From the IMG/VR virus record IMGVR_UViG_3300040801_002923, positions 32,001-96,000 of that record: DNA of 64,000 nucleotides. One strand, given 5' to 3'. Numbering within the stretch: the stretch's first letter is position 1; the number at the start of each line of letters is the position of its first letter. Of this stretch, positions 58,061-64,000 are shown piece after piece. A program made the translations under genes and the position numbers. This DNA is from a virus. The notes under the pieces were generated by a model. That model searched no databases, was not told the origin of the DNA, and saw only the letters and a list, made by a program, of their open reading frames with translations.

Positions 58061-58822
58061 ATGAAATTACCGGCACAAACGTTACAAACTTGTAGCGTTA
58101 AAATTAGTCATACAGGTACGCATGAAATTACAGCTTCAATTGAGTACAATGTAGCAGAATCGCGCCACCCGACGGAGAACGACTACGCAACGTTGTATGT
58201 TAATGGTCAAGTTGTAGCATCTAATTGCGCATCGAAGGTATCTGATAAGGAGTGGTTCTGCGGCGTGGCAGACGGAGACCGGCGCGTGATGGAAGCCGGT
58301 TTCATCTTGCCGTTTCAAGACGGGGATATCGTAGAAGTACATTTTCACGATTCCGAGATGAAACAACTAAGTTACGTCCATACATTTGACATCACCGCGC
58401 AATCAATCTTCGAAATTGATTCCATCGAAGATTCCCAATCGCAGGCAGATGATGGTGCAATTACCTTCTGTGATGCTAGTCTGGGATCGAATGCTAACAT
58501 TGCTCTCAGTACAATCGACTCGGGGTTGCTTGCGAACGGTTCAATCTCGATTGCCGAAACGTTCGACCGTCACAAGCTACGGTTCTTTGATGGTAGTCAA
58601 GATATCATGTCGATCAATACGATGACAGGTGAGATCGAATTCCACACTGAGCCGTCGGAAGCGGCACGCAAGGCGTGGGAAATCATGGCTACAGCGTACT
58701 CAGAAATGTTCCCACCAATGAGCGCAACACTTGATGTCGACAAAGAAGCTCGCGAGGAGCTGATCGCACAATTGGAAACCAACGACGCTCGGTTTGAGCG
58801 AGCAATGAGGATTGTAGAATGA
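58061..58822 (+). CDS. hypothetical protein with C-terminal ARFERAMRIVE
   Basis: AGGAG SD; coupled to the next gene. Confidence 0.75.
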   Translation: MKLPAQTLQTCSVKISHTGTHEITASIEYNVAESRHPTENDYATLYVNGQVVASNCASKVSDKEWFCGVADGDRRVMEAGFILPFQDGDIVEVHFHDSEMKQLSYVHTFDITAQSIFEIDSIEDSQSQADDGAITFCDASLGSNANIALSTIDSGLLANGSISIAETFDRHKLRFFDGSQDIMSINTMTGEIEFHTEPSEAARKAWEIMATAYSEMFPPMSATLDVDKEAREELIAQLETNDARFERAMRIVE

Positions 58823-59334
58823 ACTGCAGAGACGCCGACAATCTAATCCGCATCAAGGAAGGAGACCCTGACTGGAAGCTTTATTGTGCTGTCGATGTTC
58901 CTTATTGTCCTGATGAAAAGCTACGCGAACGGGTAGATGCTTCCGCAGCGCTACAAACGGATATGCTGTACTCAGGCACGCTATGGAAACTCAAGGCCGC
59001 TAGACCTAACTGTACGATCTGGAATCGTGTTAGTGACTGGGTTGCCCCCGCCGTTACGCAGTACAATCCTGAAGGCCGATACGGAGGAATGCGAACCAGA
59101 CTAACGTTCCACTTCGGCGGTGACCACTATAGAGCGGGCATATATGCGGCCCGAGTCAGCTGGATTGACGATGAAACGGGTCTAGCTGCTCCAATTGGAA
59201 AACCTAGATTGATTGGCAAGGCACGTGTTGAAGCCGGTCCTCCTGTGCGAGCTGAGTCAATTCGCGATATGAATAGGTACATTCATGAACTGCTCACTGC
59301 AGAACGATACAAGTATGCCATGGAGATTGTATGA
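58819..59334 (+). CDS. hypothetical protein with C-terminal ERYKYAMEIV
   Basis: ATGA overlap. Confidence 0.75.
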   Translation: MNCRDADNLIRIKEGDPDWKLYCAVDVPYCPDEKLRERVDASAALQTDMLYSGTLWKLKAARPNCTIWNRVSDWVAPAVTQYNPEGRYGGMRTRLTFHFGGDHYRAGIYAARVSWIDDETGLAAPIGKPRLIGKARVEAGPPVRAESIRDMNRYIHELLTAERYKYAMEIV

Positions 59335-59621
59335 GTAAGAAACTGATTGAACGTGTAGCCAATACACCAAATCGAAGTGATAAGGTGTCGTGGAACCGCA
59401 AAATGGACAACATGGTGAAGCTAATCGCCAAGATGTCTGCGCTTGAGGAGCAAGCAGCAGACATCGAAGCTCAGAAGATGCCGATCTTCGATGAAATTCA
59501 AGAGCTCCGTGAAGTGATGGTTCGTGAATGCATTCACCCGCTTCAATACCTCGTTGAGCACGAAGATCACATCCTCTGCAAGTTCTGCAACACCAAGATT
59601 GCTCCAGCTGTCGATGGCTAA
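59331..59621 (+). CDS. coiled-coil protein with a C-terminal zinc ribbon
   Basis: CIHP...CKFC. Confidence 0.75.
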   Translation: MSKKLIERVANTPNRSDKVSWNRKMDNMVKLIAKMSALEEQAADIEAQKMPIFDEIQELREVMVRECIHPLQYLVEHEDHILCKFCNTKIAPAVDG

Positions 59622-60093
59622 ACAACGCGCACTTGACATCTTCAATCTGCTCTCTAACATCAGTACAAAGCGAAGAGAGCACTTTGATGCTCTCACGGAG
59701 CAGGAACTCAAGGAGATGCAACCATATGTGGTTATGCGCTGGCTGACCGGTACGTTCGATGCGCAACAGATTTATTTCATCAACGAGCTTGTCAACCCCT
59801 TCGTGTTTGAGTTGCGAGATAAGCGATTGCTGTACTACCTACTGACGATCGCCGCGGCTGGAAAAAATCAACGCTATAAGTGGATTAAGCCAGCTTCTCG
59901 CAAGGGAACAGGGTTATCGACAACGATGTTAGTAATCAAGAAAACCTATAACTACACCACCAAGCAAGCCACAGAAGTGTTGCCGATACTGACAAACGAA
60001 CAGATCATGCAGCACGCGGAGGATCTTGGTCTTCAGAAGGAGGAGATCGCCCAACTCCGTAAAGAGCTGAAGACCCGTAATGGCAAAGTATAA
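59614..60093 (+). CDS. gp62: clamp loader small subunit
   Basis: PYVVMRWL, INELVN, YKWIK, YNYTTKQA.EVL.IL; lies near gp44. Confidence 0.7.
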   Translation: MAKQRALDIFNLLSNISTKRREHFDALTEQELKEMQPYVVMRWLTGTFDAQQIYFINELVNPFVFELRDKRLLYYLLTIAAAGKNQRYKWIKPASRKGTGLSTTMLVIKKTYNYTTKQATEVLPILTNEQIMQHAEDLGLQKEEIAQLRKELKTRNGKV

Positions 60094-60760
60094 ATTCCGA
60101 TGCAAATTCTGTGGATCTGGCTTCGTTCGTGAAGACAGATACCTCAAACATCGCTGCAAAGCAATGGAGCGTGACGAAGAAATTCGCACGCCCGTTGGGC
60201 AAGCAGCATGGGAGTACTATAAGCTTTGGATGACCCTTCAGCGTCGCCAACCACCGACGATCCAGACCTTTCTTGATTCGCGCTTCTACACGTACATGAT
60301 TAAGTTCGCTAAGTTTGTGAACAAGGTTGGTATTCCAGACGCGAAACTGTACATCAAGTACATGATTAGGCAGCAGACGCCGCCTATGCTGTGGACAAAC
60401 GATGAGATCTACAGTGAGTATTTGCAATACTTGGATCGCGGTAGGGATCCAATGGGGCAGGTACAATACACTATCGACTTCTTATTCAAGGTAGCTGATG
60501 CAATTGAGTGTGACGTAGGCGACATATTCGATCACCTAGATCCCGACGAAGTGATCATGATGCTACGCCGCCGACAACTAACTCCTTGGATTCTGTTGCA
60601 TTCTCAGAAGTTCCGACAGTTTACTCAAGATAAGATGTCGACCGATCAGAAGATGGTGTTCAAAACTGTCGTCAAGCCTGAAACATGGGTAAAGCGCAGA
60701 AAGGACAATCCTGAGCTCGTTGCTCAAATGAAAGAAATCGTCCGTGAACTGAACTTGTAA
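60080..60760 (+). CDS. zinc-finger protein
   Basis: FRCKFCGSGFVREDRYLKHRC. Confidence 0.75.
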   Translation: MAKYKFRCKFCGSGFVREDRYLKHRCKAMERDEEIRTPVGQAAWEYYKLWMTLQRRQPPTIQTFLDSRFYTYMIKFAKFVNKVGIPDAKLYIKYMIRQQTPPMLWTNDEIYSEYLQYLDRGRDPMGQVQYTIDFLFKVADAIECDVGDIFDHLDPDEVIMMLRRRQLTPWILLHSQKFRQFTQDKMSTDQKMVFKTVVKPETWVKRRKDNPELVAQMKEIVRELNL

Positions 60761-60798
60761 GTCCGCCTAAATACGGCACAAGTTTTCACGGATGGAAG

Positions 60799-62103
60799 AT
60801 GTCAGATACATACTACCTCTATTACGCCGACGGCGCGTTTGCGGGAGCTGTCGAGCCGGGCACCACAGTTACTCTCAATGATTTGAAGCTAGATGGGTTT
60901 CAGAAACCCATCTATGGCGAACGACGTAACAACAACCTGATTAAACTCCTCACACACTTTGCTAGTGAGGAAGATCCGTCCAATCCCGGAAACCCACCTC
61001 CAGAAGTGATCGCAGCTCCTCGTCCAGGCCAGCTGTGGTTCAACCGAACGCCAAACCCACCTTCTTACCCCAATGGACAGCTGTTACTGTTCGATGGTAG
61101 CGTTAACCAGTGGGTAGAAATTGGGACCGACATTTATTCGATCGATGCTGTTGGCACATCTGGTACTGTGACAATCAACAAGATTGCGGCTTCAGAACCA
61201 CCTACAGAGATTACAAATATTGCGCCAAGAGACCTATTCGAAGCGCATGTAGTTGAAACCACAGATGTGCACACGTCTGGTCAAATTGAAGTAAATCCTG
61301 CAATCAACGGTCAAGAGGATGTGCAAAACGCTATTGCTGCTCTTGCTATCCCCACCCAACTTCACATCGACATGCTGACCGGTGCTCACGCTAGTGAGCA
61401 CATCTCTATTGCTGGAATTCCAGGTCTAATTGCAACTGATACCAGAGCAGCGATTGACGAGCTTCAATCAGACATCAACACCCTGAGCTCGACGGTTGGT
61501 GGGTCGGGCGCTTCGCTGATTGCCCACATCAACAGCGGCACCGACGCGCACGACGCAGAGGCAATATCCTTTGATAACGCAGTTACAGGATTTTCTGCAA
61601 CAAACGTAGAAGCCGCGCTCGTCGAACTCAACAACAACGCCAACGTATCTTCGGCGAGTAACGTACTCGATAGTTTGCGTGTATTTCGGTCAACCAACCA
61701 GACGCTAAACAGTACCGCCGGAAACAAGGTGCTGTTCAACCAGCAAACGGTTGGGATTGGAACACTGGGTGCACAATATAACACCATTACCGGCCGGTAT
61801 ACAGCAGCATATGATCAGATCATCAGGGTCCGCGTGACGCTGAGATTCCAAGGCATTCAAAATGAAAACTACTCTTTCGGAGAGATTCGCAGAAATGGGT
61901 CTGTGCAACGACGCGCTCAGATGTACGAGTGGTCAGAAAATACACCCCTAGCTGGCACAGTCGCATTCTCATGCTTGGTTGAACTGTCAGCTGGTCAATA
62001 TATCGAAGTGTTTGCGGGGCGAAATAATCCAGGATCGCATAACTTAATCGGTGGTTCGTCTTCCACATACATGGAAATTGATATTCTGAGGGATCTATCA
62101 TGA
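60799..62103 (+). CDS. baseplate-anchored fibre protein, paralogue 1 (C1q-like tip)
   Basis: YGERRNNNLIKLLTHFAS...PGQLWFN N-terminus, His repeats, VELSAGQYIEVF. TAAATA at 60768. Confidence 0.75.
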   Translation: MSDTYYLYYADGAFAGAVEPGTTVTLNDLKLDGFQKPIYGERRNNNLIKLLTHFASEEDPSNPGNPPPEVIAAPRPGQLWFNRTPNPPSYPNGQLLLFDGSVNQWVEIGTDIYSIDAVGTSGTVTINKIAASEPPTEITNIAPRDLFEAHVVETTDVHTSGQIEVNPAINGQEDVQNAIAALAIPTQLHIDMLTGAHASEHISIAGIPGLIATDTRAAIDELQSDINTLSSTVGGSGASLIAHINSGTDAHDAEAISFDNAVTGFSATNVEAALVELNNNANVSSASNVLDSLRVFRSTNQTLNSTAGNKVLFNQQTVGIGTLGAQYNTITGRYTAAYDQIIRVRVTLRFQGIQNENYSFGEIRRNGSVQRRAQMYEWSENTPLAGTVAFSCLVELSAGQYIEVFAGRNNPGSHNLIGGSSSTYMEIDILRDLS

Positions 62104-63455
62104 GCGACAGATATCTACTAACGTTCGCTGATGGCCAGTTTATCGGTTTTGTTGAACCAAACGATAGGCTCAACGTTGGTGGGTTGGTTATTACAGGTCG
62201 TGGTGACAGTCCGTATGGCGATCACCGTAACGAAAACCTACTACACCTACTTGAGAACTTTGCTAGTGACGAAGTTGCTCCGGATACCCCCGACTCAACT
62301 ATTATCGGCATCCCTGTCGTAGGTCAAACGTGGTTCAACAAAGCAACCAACAGCCTGCTGGTATTTAACGGCGTAGAATGGACTAACGTATCAATCGATC
62401 GACACGTTACTACTTCTGACGATACGCGCTTGGTGTCGGACGGTATCATTGAACTGGAACGCAATCTGCCGGTAACAGGTCTACCGGATCTGGTGATCGA
62501 GAACATTTTGCATAACACAGAGCCAGGATTACCGATACCGCTGGGTCCTGGTGGCTTCCAGCAACATCTGGTCCAAAATCCTGCACACGCAGGGACATCA
62601 GTTTCATTCATCCCTATATCAGTCAATCCTCCGGCTGTCCTTATATCAGCAACCAACGCACAAGATGCGCTGGTACAAACCTACACGCTCATTAATGACC
62701 ACATCAACAATACAGTTGCCGCACACGACGCCTCCGCAATAGGATATATCGGTGCTGTACCAGAACCCAATGTCCAGCTGGCTCTAGAAAATCTCGATAC
62801 ACAGCTAGACACTATCAGCGGCGACATTGGTGGGGGTAGTGGTGATCTTCAAGATCACATCGATGATCTGTCAGATGCGCACGATGCGTCGGCTATTTCT
62901 CTCCCTGTGGGACTGGGCATTGCAGGTAACCCAACGAATGTCCAAGATGCTATCGAGATCATCAATACTATCGTTGGCGTAGGCACTTCAGGACTACTTG
63001 AAGTTACTCGAGCAACTGCGGCTGGGGGACAGGTAATTGGTGCATCTACCAAACTTAACTTCACCAACGTAGTACTTGGTAACGCCTCCAATCAATTTTC
63101 AACCGCAACTAGCACATATACAGCAGCGTTTGATCAAGAAGTAAACATTACAGCGGCCTTATTGTACAACATTCCAAACAACACTCTATCGTCAACATTA
63201 TCTATTCGCGTTAACGGTGTTCAACGGGCCTCGTGGACTACGGCTAACAGTTCTAACACTGTTAGCCCGTCGTTGATCGATGCTGACTTTGGCTTTGAGC
63301 TTCACCTTAAAACGATATTGTCTGCAGGTGATACAGTTGAGATCTTCGCGTCTGCTGATAACCCTTCAGTTGTCCAAGTAACAGATAGAGCAGGTGCGCT
63401 CCTTGCAGGAGCCGGTACATCGGTTGAGTTCGATATTGTAAGAGATCTATCATAA
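62100..63455 (+). CDS. baseplate-anchored fibre protein, paralogue 2 (C1q-like tip)
   Basis: YGDHRNENLLHLLENFAS...GQTWFN; ends DIVRDLS like paralogue 1. Confidence 0.75.
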   Translation: MSDRYLLTFADGQFIGFVEPNDRLNVGGLVITGRGDSPYGDHRNENLLHLLENFASDEVAPDTPDSTIIGIPVVGQTWFNKATNSLLVFNGVEWTNVSIDRHVTTSDDTRLVSDGIIELERNLPVTGLPDLVIENILHNTEPGLPIPLGPGGFQQHLVQNPAHAGTSVSFIPISVNPPAVLISATNAQDALVQTYTLINDHINNTVAAHDASAIGYIGAVPEPNVQLALENLDTQLDTISGDIGGGSGDLQDHIDDLSDAHDASAISLPVGLGIAGNPTNVQDAIEIINTIVGVGTSGLLEVTRATAAGGQVIGASTKLNFTNVVLGNASNQFSTATSTYTAAFDQEVNITAALLYNIPNNTLSSTLSIRVNGVQRASWTTANSSNTVSPSLIDADFGFELHLKTILSAGDTVEIFASADNPSVVQVTDRAGALLAGAGTSVEFDIVRDLS

Positions 63456-64000
63456 TGGCTAATACGTACACAATTACATCTAGCGACGGTACGTTTGATT
63501 TTCTCGTCGATGAATCAACCGAGGTACAGCAGTACGGACTCACATTCACGGGGAGAGGCGTCACTAATTATGGTGCGAGCAGAAACCAAAACCTCCTACT
63601 ACTGTTGGATAATTTTGCAAGTGCAAACACAAGTGAACCAGTGCCGTTGCTTGGTAGATTGTGGTATGACACCACCGATGACACATTAAAATTATGCGAC
63701 GATGGAGCTAATTTCAACACGTTCGGAGATGACATCTATCTGTTGGGCGTCACGCGAGGTATCTCTGGCAATACAGTCTTGCTTCCCCGAGCTAATGCTT
63801 CTGATATAAATCTGTCGCCGACGGCAAACATCGCGCAGCAGAATGAACTATTGGACCACTTTAACGGAACGGAGTCGCACAGGGCGGATGCGATTTCATT
63901 ACCAGCAGGCCTTGGTATTCCAACGAACCCAACGAACGTGCAAGCCGCGCTGGCACAAATCGATCTGGTGCTTGATAATCACTTAGCGCTAGTCAACAGT
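63455..64000 (+). CDS. baseplate-anchored fibre protein, paralogue 3 (partial; missing from the ORF track)
   Basis: MANTYTITSSDG...YGASRNQNLLLLLDNFAS...GRLWYD; open to the window end. Confidence 0.8.
   Translation, partial: MANTYTITSSDGTFDFLVDESTEVQQYGLTFTGRGVTNYGASRNQNLLLLLDNFASANTSEPVPLLGRLWYDTTDDTLKLCDDGANFNTFGDDIYLLGVTRGISGNTVLLPRANASDINLSPTANIAQQNELLDHFNGTESHRADAISLPAGLGIPTNPTNVQAALAQIDLVLDNHLALVNS

Noticed and set aside
1872-59613. Upstream starts in the ORF track (1872, 8698, 9595, 13607, 26293, 26505, 27436, 54023, 59524)
   Set aside because: Downstream starts have an SD, promoter or coupling support, and the extensions overlap promoters or other genes.
1-64000. Genome-wide TAG reassignment (genetic code 15)
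   Set aside because: Long genes are open in code 11, only one internal TAG was found, and several genes end plausibly at TAG.

Overview
This window is 64 kb of a large T4-like (jumbo-type) myovirus genome. It holds the virion morphogenesis block: gp26/gp51-like pair, tape measure, portal, prohead protease, scaffold, major capsid, gp13/14/15 neck, sheath, tube, gp4 and terminase. It also holds two clusters of modular fibre proteins and a replication/recombination block (Holliday junction resolvase, DinG-like helicase, gp32 SSB, UvsX, UvsY, intein-containing UvsW, a DnaE fragment, GroES, clamp loader). Structural genes sit behind T4-late-type (TA)TAAATA promoters and other genes behind sigma70-like promoters. 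The most notable observations are: (1) an in-frame amber codon inside the gp14-like neck gene, while the other late genes that end in TAG have a non-amber back-up stop within two codons; (2) a shared C-terminal peptide (E/A)R(Y/F)x(R/Y)AMx(I/V)V on four otherwise unrelated proteins; (3) a ~370-nt highly structured non-coding element; (4) a -1 slippery site fusing the gp26- and gp51-like ORFs; (5) a phage-borne SbtA-family bicarbonate transporter; (6) apparently leaderless late genes; (7) a class 3 (Ala-start, WCT) intein; (8) a domain-sharing 'domino' chain of fibre genes. No tRNA, rRNA or CRISPR array was recognised. All product calls come from motif recognition and synteny by eye, not from database searches.
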